The position numbers and the translations under genes are program-made. This document shows, piece by piece, positions 56,403 to 64,000 of a DNA stretch of 64,000 bases. Below the pieces are notes generated by a model, which saw nothing but the letters and a program-made list of their open reading frames with translations, searched no databases and was not told the origin of the DNA. Source of the DNA: Nanobdellota archaeon (GTDB lineage: Archaea > Nanobdellota > Nanobdellia > Pacearchaeales > GW2011-AR1); contig JBBSWO010000001.1 in the NCBI GenBank assembly GCA_038046245.1, positions 76,761-140,760 of the forward strand, read 5' to 3'. The number at the start of each line of letters is the position of its first letter. Position 1 is the stretch's first letter.

Positions 56403-57053
56403 ATGTTCAATAGAAAGGAATGTAAAAATTGTAAGAACAAGTACAAAGGTAGTTACGCATTCTGCCCGCATTGCGGTTTTTCGACCGGTAAGCCGCTTAA
56501 AGAGGAAGACTTTGGAATGTTAGGAAAAGATGACGAAATCAACGAAGTTATGAACCCTTTGTTTGGTGGGATTAGCGGAAAAATGCTGAACAAAATGCTG
56601 GGAAGTGCCATGAAAATGCTTGAAAAAGAACTTCAAAAATCAATGGTTCAAGAAGCGCCCTCAAAAGCTAATTTTGAGCTTTACATAAACGGGAAAAAGA
56701 TTGACCCAAGAAACATTAAGGTGACAAAAACTCCTGTTTATGAAAAACCTGCAAAGATAAAGAATGTTCAGACTTATTTTGATGAAAACTCTCAGCAGAA
56801 ATTCCTTAAACTGCCGAAAAAAGAGCCAACAACAAGCATAAGAAGATTGGCAAATAAAGTTGTTTACGAGATTGACGTTCCAGGAGTTGAGTCAACAAAA
56901 GATATCTCTATAGTAAAACTTGAAAATAGCATTGAAATAAAAGCTATCGCAAAAGACAGGGCATACTCAAAATTGATTCCAATAGATCTTCCAATAAAAA
57001 ATTTCAAGCTTGACAAAAGCAAATTAGTTCTTGAGTTAAGTATCAAAGGATAA
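56403..57053 (+). CDS. Zinc-ribbon + Hsp20/alpha-crystallin-like domain protein
   Basis: N-terminal CKNCKN...CPHCG. The C-terminus VVYEIDVPGVESTKDISIVKLENSIEIKA...SKLIPIDLPI fits an ACD/CS beta-sandwich. Confidence 0.6.
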   Translation: MFNRKECKNCKNKYKGSYAFCPHCGFSTGKPLKEEDFGMLGKDDEINEVMNPLFGGISGKMLNKMLGSAMKMLEKELQKSMVQEAPSKANFELYINGKKIDPRNIKVTKTPVYEKPAKIKNVQTYFDENSQQKFLKLPKKEPTTSIRRLANKVVYEIDVPGVESTKDISIVKLENSIEIKAIAKDRAYSKLIPIDLPIKNFKLDKSKLVLELSIKG

Positions 57054-57058
57054 AAACC

Positions 57059-57066
57059 TTTAAATA
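57059..57066 (+). promoter_or_regulatory. TATA-box-like element upstream of tRNA-Ile
   Basis: TTTAAATA, 26-33 nt upstream of the tRNA 5' end. Confidence 0.4.
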
Positions 57067-57091
57067 ACTAAATCTTAGTTTCTATATTAAT

Positions 57092-57166
57092 GAGGCTGTA
57101 GCTCAGCCTGGCTAGAGCACTGCTCTGATACGGCAGGGGTCCACGGTTCAAATCCGTGCAGCCTCA
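57092..57166 (+). tRNA. tRNA-Ile (anticodon GAU)
   Basis: GAGGCTG TA GCTC AGCCTGGCTA GAGC A CTGCT CTGATAC GGCAG GGGTC CACGG TTCAAAT CCGTG CAGCCTC A. 75 nt, no CCA. Confidence 0.9.
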
Positions 57167-57211
57167 TTTAATAATAAGAACCTTTAAAAACCAATTTTAT
57201 CTAAAATTAAA

Positions 57212-57745
57212 ATGACGAAAGGAATGTATCACCACATCAGAGAAGCCTGGAAAAAACCAGATTCTAAAACTCTGAGAGAAAGAATGATACAATGGAGAAG
57301 CTCTGAAGTTTTTACAAGAGTTGAAAAACCATTAAGGCTGGACAGAGCCAGGGCTCTTGGATACAAAGCCAAAAAAGGATTTGTCGTCATAAGAGTAAGG
57401 CTAAAGAGAGGGGGCCATACAAGATCAAGACCGAACAAAGGTAGAAGATCCAAAAGAATGCATACAAGAAAAAATCTTATAATGAGCTATCAATGGATAG
57501 CTGAACAGAGAGTCTCAAACAACTACAAAAACTTAGAAGTCCTGAATTCTTATGAAATAGGAAAAGATGGAGTATATTATTTTTTCGAAGTGATCTGCGT
57601 CGATCCTCAAAGACCGGAAATAAAAAATGATCCTGTTCTTAAATGGATTGCAAAAAGAGAAAACAGAAAAAGAGCACTCAGAGGGTTGACGGGGGCTGCG
57701 CAGAAATCAAGAGGCTTAAGAGCCCATATGGCCAAAGGGAAGTAA
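57212..57745 (+). CDS. rpl15e: Ribosomal protein L15e
   Basis: 177 aa. MYHHIREAWKKP...RVRLKRGG...RP.KGR matches the L15e pattern. Confidence 0.9.
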   Translation: MTKGMYHHIREAWKKPDSKTLRERMIQWRSSEVFTRVEKPLRLDRARALGYKAKKGFVVIRVRLKRGGHTRSRPNKGRRSKRMHTRKNLIMSYQWIAEQRVSNNYKNLEVLNSYEIGKDGVYYFFEVICVDPQRPEIKNDPVLKWIAKRENRKRALRGLTGAAQKSRGLRAHMAKGK

Positions 57746-57817
57746 GTCGTAATATCTATCTTAACATATTCTTTCAATTCTATAAATGTTTATAAGACGT
57801 CATTGACTTAAGGGACA

Positions 57818-58231
57818 ATGGCAAGAGGAAAAAAAGAAACTAGCTTACAACCTCTCTCAGAGATTATTGGAGAAAGGGCGCAACATTATAGTGGATTGTC
57901 TGTCGAAACATTAAGTTTAGTGTATAACAGCCAAAATTTAAACTTAATCGATGATTATGAAAAGTTTATCTCTAGAGTGAATGATGCAGCAAAAGAGGGT
58001 AAGTTGGAAGCTTTTTTAAACAAAGAATCAAAAAAGCCAACAAAATCAGCAAAACCAACTGCAACTGAAGACAAAGGACGAGGAGGAAGAAAACCAAACC
58101 TCACTCCAGAGCTGTATAGTGAGGCTGTAAAAAATGGATGGAAAAGAGAGGAATTAGACAAAAATTATTCATTTAAACCGAAACAACTCGGTGGATTTTC
58201 TAGAAAGTATGGTCCTTTAAAGAAAGATTAG
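57818..58231 (+). CDS. Hypothetical basic protein with AT-hook-like GRGGRKP segment
   Basis: 137 aa. Lys-rich centre KKPTKSAKPTATEDKGRGGRKPN. No family recognised. Confidence 0.4.
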   Translation: MARGKKETSLQPLSEIIGERAQHYSGLSVETLSLVYNSQNLNLIDDYEKFISRVNDAAKEGKLEAFLNKESKKPTKSAKPTATEDKGRGGRKPNLTPELYSEAVKNGWKREELDKNYSFKPKQLGGFSRKYGPLKKD

Positions 58232-58288
58232 AGTCACTAAGAGAAAGTGAGTAAAAAAGTTTAAAAGTAAAAAAGATATTAACATGTG

Positions 58289-59182
58289 ATGGACACAAAC
58301 AGACTTCTTGTGCAATCAAAAAAAAAGATAAGTCAAGGCGTGCCTTCTGTACAAATAATAAAGACAAAGGGAAAAATATCCTATCAAATAAGTCTACAAC
58401 CTTCTAAGCCTAATGGGAAAGATAAATATCACTCGCAAAATCAAAATACGCCTAGAGCATATCATTCTAAATCTAACGGCAATGGTTCATCAGAAGAAGA
58501 TCACGGCCAGTATTACCAACCAGCCCAGACTAAAGAGGGGGGTCTTGAAATAGGGGCTCAACAAAACCAACCTTTAACATCTGAACCTCAAACAACTTCT
58601 GATCAAACATATAGAAGAGGACCAAGACCTAGAACAGATCCTCATCATCTTTTCACACCAGAAGAATTAGCAACAATGCCCTTTGACCGGTACACAAAAG
58701 AGCGAGCAAAAAGACTTAGAGTATATGTTAGTGAGCAAAAAACTAAAGAAGTTGAGGAAATGCTAAGAGCGCAAGATAACGCCAATGGAAATGGTAGAGA
58801 TCTCGAGACAACAGTTCAGACAAGTGAACCTCCAGCAGAACCAAAAAAAATAGTAGGAAGGCCAAGAACCGTATATCCTAAAGAGGGCAACCAAGAAGAA
58901 ATTTCTCCAGAAAGTAAATCACGATTATCAACAGCTGAAGCAAGAAGAGAATATCAAAGACAATACTACCAGATGCACAAAGACAAAGCGAAAGAATATC
59001 AAAGACAATATAACTTAACACACAAAAAGAAGCTAAGAGGTGGACGTGGAAAAGGAAAAAACGCCGAAAGAGAAGTTGTAAGATCAACGTTCAACACTGC
59101 CGATATAATGCATTCGCCGGTTGAAAAAACATTAAAGATGTTAGAAAAAATTATTAGTGGAGAAAGACTCTTCACGATGTAA
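58289..59182 (+). CDS. Hypothetical low-complexity (Q/N/P/K-rich) protein with AT-hook-like motifs and a duplicated EYQRQY segment
   Basis: RRGPRPRT and KKIVGRPRTVYPK. AEARREYQRQYYQMHKDKAKEYQRQYNLTHKKK is encoded by a 17-nt direct repeat. ATG at 58289 preferred over GTG at 58286. Confidence 0.4.
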   Translation: MDTNRLLVQSKKKISQGVPSVQIIKTKGKISYQISLQPSKPNGKDKYHSQNQNTPRAYHSKSNGNGSSEEDHGQYYQPAQTKEGGLEIGAQQNQPLTSEPQTTSDQTYRRGPRPRTDPHHLFTPEELATMPFDRYTKERAKRLRVYVSEQKTKEVEEMLRAQDNANGNGRDLETTVQTSEPPAEPKKIVGRPRTVYPKEGNQEEISPESKSRLSTAEARREYQRQYYQMHKDKAKEYQRQYNLTHKKKLRGGRGKGKNAEREVVRSTFNTADIMHSPVEKTLKMLEKIISGERLFTM

Positions 59183-59239
59183 TGCTTAAGACAAATCTTT
59201 AAACCTTAATCTTAAATACTTATATTTCTTGAACATTTA

Positions 59240-60958
59240 ATGCACTATAAAAAGCTGGCTGAGTTGTACGAAAGTTTAAGTTCGACAACAAAAAGACTTG
59301 AAAAGATATCTATACTATCAAAATTTCTGGAATATCTACACGAAGATGATAAAGATGTTTTGTATCTTTTGCTCGGAGATATTTATCCAGAATATGACGA
59401 AAGAAAAATAGGGATAAGCACACAGCTTGCGATGAAAGCAATTTCAAAAGCAACCGGAACCCAGCTAGACAAAGTTGCCCATGAATGGAAAAAAATTGGG
59501 GATTTGGGAGAGGTCTCAAAAAAACTTACTGAAAATAAAAAACAATCAACTTTAGCTTCACATCTTTTGACAACTGAAAAAGTCCTTGAAAATCTAAGAA
59601 AACTTCCAGAACTTATCGGAAAGGGAACAGTAGACAAAAAACTTTCACTTATAACAGAACTACTCACTTCAGCAACACCTATAGAAGCACTTTATCTCGT
59701 GAGAACGTTGCTCGCAGATTTAAGAATAGGAATAAAAGAGAGCACAATAAGAGAAGCGATGGCCGAGGCATTTTTCAAAAGAGACAAAGAGACTTCAGAA
59801 AAAATCCAGACAGCAGTGGATAATTCTAATGACGTGGCAAAAGTTTTTGAGGCGGCAAAAAAAGGGAATTTCAAGACTTTGGAAAAGATAGAGATAGAAG
59901 TAGGCAAGCCGATAAAAGTCATGCTGGCTCAAAAAGCAGAAAGCATAAAAGATGGTTTTGAAAAAGTCGGAAAACCCTGCGCAGTTGAATACAAATATGA
60001 CGGCTTTAGGATGTTAATACACAAAAAAGAAAATCAAGTATTATTATTCACAAGAAGACTCGAAAATGTGACAAAACAATTCCCAGAAGTTGTGGATTAC
60101 ATAAAAAAATATGTTGAAGGAAAATCTTTTATTTTAGACTCGGAGGCCGTAGGATTTAACTCCAAGACTAAAGAGTACACATCCTTTCAGCACATAAGCC
60201 AGAGAATAAGAAGAAAATATGACATAGAAAAATTGCAAGAAAGCCTTCCTGTTGAGGTGAATGTTTTTGATATTTTGTACTACAATGGAAAATCTTACAT
60301 AAACGAACCTTTCAAAAAAAGGACAGAATTAATAAGAAAAATAATAAAGAATCAGCCGTACAAGATCATCCATTCAAAACAGATTATAACTGACAACGAA
60401 AAAGAAGCAGAAAGTTTTTACAAAAAAGCCTTGAAAGACAAACAGGAAGGAATTATGTTCAAAAACCTTGATACATTTTACCAGCCAGGAAGCAGAGTTG
60501 GCCACATGCTGAAACTCAAACCTTCTGAAAAAGACCTTGACCTTGTAATAACTTCAGCAGAATACGGAACAGGAAAAAGATCTGGCTGGCTCTCATCATT
60601 CATTCTTTCATGTAGGGGGGAAAAAGAATTTTTAGAGATTGGAAGGGTTGCGACAGGATTAAAGGAAAAAGCACAAGATGGAATATCTCTTGAAAATGTT
60701 TCATTTGATGAACTGACACAAAAATTAAAGCCGTTAATAACAAAAGAAAAAGGAAAAATTGTTGAGGTAAAACCAAAAGTTGTTGTCTCTGTAACTTATC
60801 AGGAAATCCAAAGATCTCCTAATTACAAATCAGGATTTGCATTGAGGTTTCCAAGATTCACAGCTTTGAGGCCAGACAGGCATGGGGAAGACGTTGCAAC
60901 TTTAAAAGAAGTTGAAGAAGCCTTTGAGGCCCAAAAAAGAAATTATAAGTATGGGTAA
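59240..60958 (+). CDS. lig: ATP-dependent DNA ligase
   Basis: 572 aa. Adenylation motif I EYKYDGFR, plus motifs III-VI (SEAV, EGIMFK, LKLK). Confidence 0.9.
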   Translation: MHYKKLAELYESLSSTTKRLEKISILSKFLEYLHEDDKDVLYLLLGDIYPEYDERKIGISTQLAMKAISKATGTQLDKVAHEWKKIGDLGEVSKKLTENKKQSTLASHLLTTEKVLENLRKLPELIGKGTVDKKLSLITELLTSATPIEALYLVRTLLADLRIGIKESTIREAMAEAFFKRDKETSEKIQTAVDNSNDVAKVFEAAKKGNFKTLEKIEIEVGKPIKVMLAQKAESIKDGFEKVGKPCAVEYKYDGFRMLIHKKENQVLLFTRRLENVTKQFPEVVDYIKKYVEGKSFILDSEAVGFNSKTKEYTSFQHISQRIRRKYDIEKLQESLPVEVNVFDILYYNGKSYINEPFKKRTELIRKIIKNQPYKIIHSKQIITDNEKEAESFYKKALKDKQEGIMFKNLDTFYQPGSRVGHMLKLKPSEKDLDLVITSAEYGTGKRSGWLSSFILSCRGEKEFLEIGRVATGLKEKAQDGISLENVSFDELTQKLKPLITKEKGKIVEVKPKVVVSVTYQEIQRSPNYKSGFALRFPRFTALRPDRHGEDVATLKEVEEAFEAQKRNYKYG

Positions 60959-61017
60959 AGTTTTATTACTCCAGATTAATGCTATATCTTTTTATACCCC
61001 TTTTTTCTTGACAGAAT

Positions 61018-62454
61018 ATGGAAGAGTATAAAGCAAAATTTATTGACTTCTTATTAAAAACAGGTGCATTAAAAGTTTTTGAAAATCCTTCTGATGACAG
61101 AACATTAAAAAGTAAAAGAATTTCTCCTTGGTTTGTGAATATAGGAGATTTTAATGAAGGAGAATCTTCTAATGCATTGGCTGGATTTTATGCTGACGCA
61201 GTGATTAATTCTGGTGTTGAAGGTGATATTTTATACGGGATTCCTGATAAAGGAGTAGGATTAGCTGCTCCAGTTGCAATGGCCATGGCTTCAAAAGGCC
61301 ATAATGTTGGATGGTGTTTTTCAAGAAAAGATGAAAAAACTCATGGAGAAGCTACCAATTTAGGGCCAGAAGATAGAATTAAAAAATTACTTGTAGGAAG
61401 AGCTCCAAAAAAAGATGATGTAATTATTCAACTAGATGATGTTTTTACTGCAGGCGATGCAAAATATGAAGCAAATACTTTCTTGAAAAGCTTAGATAGA
61501 ACAAATCTTCCATTACTTGCAATTGCCGTAGACAGGCAAGAGGTTGCAATTGATAGTAGAGAAGCTATTGCAGAATATTCTGAAAAAACTGGAACAAGAG
61601 TTGTTTCTATTGTAAATGCAGTTGATGTTTACAATTTTTTAAATTCTAATAGAATGGCTTCATTTTCAAATAGGACAATGGAAAGACTAGCGAATTATAT
61701 TAGAGTTTACGGAACAAAAGATGCTCGTACTGCAATGGGCAAAGGATTAGAACAAAAAATAATTGAAAGAGACAGAAGTGTTATCCCTGCATGTGATGTT
61801 GAGACATTGGAGCAATTTGAAGAATTAGTAAAACAAACTGCTGATGTTGATGGAATTGGTGGATATAAAATTGGATTTGAGTTAGGATTAGGATTTGGAC
61901 TCCCAAATGTCGTTGCTACAGCTAGAAAACATACAGACAAACCGATAATTTATGATCATCAAAAAGCAGGAACAGATATTCCAGATACTGGTAAGAATTA
62001 TGCAAGATTAATGAAAAAATCTGGAGTTGATGCAGTTATATTTTTCCCACAGGCAGGTCCTGAAACAGAAAGAGCTTGGATTTATCATGCTTTAGATAAT
62101 GGATTGAATGTTATTGTTGGAGGAAGAATGACTCATCCAGCTTATTCTGTCAGCGAAGGTGGATTTATCACAGATGAAGGAGCCCTGGACATGTACAGAA
62201 TTGCGGCAAGAGCGGGGGTAAATAATTTTGTTGTTCCTGGAAATAAACCTGAAGTTATCAAACAGGTTAGGGAATTAGTTGAAGGAGAAGGAGTTTCTCC
62301 TGTTTTTTATGCTCCTGGATTTATTGCTCAAGGAGGGAATATTTCTGACGCAGCAAAAGTTGCTGGAGATAGATTCCAAGGAATTGTTGGAAGAGGAATT
62401 TATGCAGCATCAAACATAAGGGAAGCAGCAATAGAACACACTTCAAAATTATGA
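61018..62454 (+). CDS. pyrEF: Fusion protein: orotate phosphoribosyltransferase-like N-domain + orotidine-5'-phosphate decarboxylase C-domain (UMP-synthase-like)
   Basis: N-half: PRPP-binding loop VIIQLDDVFTAGDAK. C-half: ODCase-like IPACDV, IIYDHQKAGTDIPDT, VVPG. One uninterrupted 478-aa ORF. Confidence 0.7.
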   Translation: MEEYKAKFIDFLLKTGALKVFENPSDDRTLKSKRISPWFVNIGDFNEGESSNALAGFYADAVINSGVEGDILYGIPDKGVGLAAPVAMAMASKGHNVGWCFSRKDEKTHGEATNLGPEDRIKKLLVGRAPKKDDVIIQLDDVFTAGDAKYEANTFLKSLDRTNLPLLAIAVDRQEVAIDSREAIAEYSEKTGTRVVSIVNAVDVYNFLNSNRMASFSNRTMERLANYIRVYGTKDARTAMGKGLEQKIIERDRSVIPACDVETLEQFEELVKQTADVDGIGGYKIGFELGLGFGLPNVVATARKHTDKPIIYDHQKAGTDIPDTGKNYARLMKKSGVDAVIFFPQAGPETERAWIYHALDNGLNVIVGGRMTHPAYSVSEGGFITDEGALDMYRIAARAGVNNFVVPGNKPEVIKQVRELVEGEGVSPVFYAPGFIAQGGNISDAAKVAGDRFQGIVGRGIYAASNIREAAIEHTSKL

Positions 62455-63579
62455 TTCTAAAACTTTTTTGTAAAGTTTATGCCCATACCTTGCAAAATTC
62501 TCAAAGTATCCAGTAAACCATTGATTCAAAGAAATTCCTGCTCTTTCTGAATCTTCAAGATCTTGTTTACTCTCTATTCCACCCGTCCTTATAACATGAA
62601 ACTCTTGAGAAGGGGGACCTTGCTTTAGGTATTCTACAGCACGGCTAGCGAGTTCAAGTGAGCTCTCCTTAAGTGGTCTGCCACTAATGCCTCCTCCAAC
62701 TCCAAATTCTTTAGATGTTGTAAAAAAATCATAAAGTCTCCTTTCACTCGAATGTATTAATTCTCTTCTTCTTGCGTAATCAGTAGAAGTATTACCAAAA
62801 TTTACACCATCATAACCTAATTCAAAAAGCAAATCCAATAAAAAAGGAATTTGTTGAACTGGCGTATCATTAGAAAACTTAACTATGGCTGGTATCATTC
62901 TCGATGTAGATTTGTTCAAAGCTCTTTTATCCAAAAAATGTTCCTGAACGTATTTTAATCTATTTGCTAAATCATCATCTTGCGGCCTAGAATTGCTTGT
63001 ATTTGGACATGACTCATTAAGTTCTAAAAAGTCGACACCAAAATGTTCATATCTTTTCATCCCTTCAACAAGGTTTTGTAATCTTTCTTGACCTTTAAAA
63101 TCGGGTGAGCCCATTACACTCCAGCCTACTGGGCATTCATTTACCCTTATTGTAGAAACTCTCCTGTAATTTGTGGCATCTCCATCATTGGGTAATCCAA
63201 GCCAATTAGAAGAAGCGTGAGATCTAGGATATGGCAGAAAAGGTAAGTGAATTCCATTCTTTTCGTTTCCCACTCTTTGGTTCCAGGTTCCCGTCCCAGC
63301 AAGATAAGCACCGGCGCCTTGATTTGCAACCATTAAGTAACATTCACCATTCTTGAACATTCCAGCAGCATTCATAATAGGGGACTTAAATTTAATTCCC
63401 CACAATACTTTTGACAAATTTTTAGGAGGAGAATAACTTTCATTAGGAATTTCCTCTTTTAACTTTTTTAAGAAATATGGCCTTACTCTTGAATAACTTG
63501 ACACAGCAAGCCTCGAAGGTAGTAATGTGATGAATTTCCTAAAGTGCCTTTCCAGGCTTAATAGAGTTGTTGCTTTCAT
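62449..63579 (-). CDS. pyrD: Dihydroorotate dehydrogenase with N-terminal extension
   Basis: SPIMNAAGMFKNGE, LELNESCPNT, FGNTST, GGISGRPL, and IRTGGIES match DHODH motifs. Confidence 0.75.
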   Translation of the reverse strand: MKATTLLSLERHFRKFITLLPSRLAVSSYSRVRPYFLKKLKEEIPNESYSPPKNLSKVLWGIKFKSPIMNAAGMFKNGECYLMVANQGAGAYLAGTGTWNQRVGNEKNGIHLPFLPYPRSHASSNWLGLPNDGDATNYRRVSTIRVNECPVGWSVMGSPDFKGQERLQNLVEGMKRYEHFGVDFLELNESCPNTSNSRPQDDDLANRLKYVQEHFLDKRALNKSTSRMIPAIVKFSNDTPVQQIPFLLDLLFELGYDGVNFGNTSTDYARRRELIHSSERRLYDFFTTSKEFGVGGGISGRPLKESSLELASRAVEYLKQGPPSQEFHVIRTGGIESKQDLEDSERAGISLNQWFTGYFENFARYGHKLYKKVLES

Positions 63580-64000
63580 CTAAATCAGTTGCTCCTCAAG
63601 TGGTTTGTACGGATTGAATGGATAATCATTTCTTCTATCCACTATTATTTTTTTAGACCTTTTAACATCTAGGTCAAATCTTTTAGAAATGTTTGAAAAA
63701 GTTATTTCCTCTATTCTTGAATCAGAAAATCCATTTAGCCTCAAGTATTCTTCAAACAAGTTCCACCAAGGAAGTCCAGGAATTCCAGACATAAAAGGAG
63801 CATTAACTTTTTCATCTAAAGTGTGGGGTGCATGATCTGTCTCTATCCAGTCTATCTCTCCAGAAAGAAGATGTAACATCATTTTTTGCTTTGATTCAGC
63901 AGACCTAAGAGGAGGATTCATCTTCCACAAAACTCCATTCTTACAATTCATTTGTTGCCAATCATAAATAAAATGGTGTGGACAAATCCCGCAAGAAATG
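63580..64000 (-). CDS. pyrC: Dihydroorotase-like amidohydrolase, C-terminal part (5' end outside window)
   Basis: ETDHAPHTLDEK (the TDHAPH motif of dihydroorotase/cyclic amidohydrolases). The ORF runs to the window edge, directly upstream of pyrD. Confidence 0.65.
   Translation of the reverse strand, partial: ISCGICPHHFIYDWQQMNCKNGVLWKMNPPLRSAESKQKMMLHLLSGEIDWIETDHAPHTLDEKVNAPFMSGIPGLPWWNLFEEYLRLNGFSDSRIEEITFSNISKRFDLDVKRSKKIIVDRRNDYPFNPYKPLEEQLI

Overview
AT-rich (by eye about one-third G+C, not computed), very gene-dense archaeal chromosome segment. The gene content is archaeal: RFC small and large subunits, family-B DNA polymerase, FEN1, ATP-dependent DNA ligase, RadB, an NreA-like protein, TFS, RpoL, aRF1, NAC, Sec61beta, L15e, L41e, Cdc48, and archaeal-type PheRS, ValRS and MetRS. 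tRNA genes carry introns and no encoded CCA. Together with many tiny membrane proteins and very short spacers, this suggests a small-genome DPANN-type archaeon (inference only). I call about 80 protein genes. Five are short ORFs missing from the >=60-aa track: L41e, Sec61beta, a DnaJ-type zinc-finger peptide, a Cys-rich peptide and a coiled-coil peptide. There are six tRNAs: Thr-GGU, Gln-CUG (17-nt intron), Glu-CUC (~121-nt intron), Lys-CUU, Gly-CCC and Ile-GAU. I saw no rRNA, CRISPR array, transposase or integrase. A pyrimidine block (pyrE-pyrF fusion, pyrD, pyrC) lies at the right end; pyrG and purB are elsewhere. I could not recognise one clear-cut new multi-gene system. The best candidates for a second look are: (1) both intron-containing tRNAs are followed by a structured 70-85-nt spacer ending in a copy of the tRNA's own 3' end; (2) a tightly packed ZnR-AbrB / Cdc48 / receiver-like gene trio behind a palindrome-rich control region; (3) two paralogous helical proteins + MinD + a coupled small ORF; (4) a pilin-LamG gene next to tandem small membrane paralogs sharing a C-terminal MDWN motif; (5) an orphan PD-(D/E)xK nuclease beside tRNA-Lys; (6) two adjacent disordered AT-hook-like proteins; (7) a split lycopene-cyclase-domain pair. 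Functional calls rest on motifs read by eye, with no database search.
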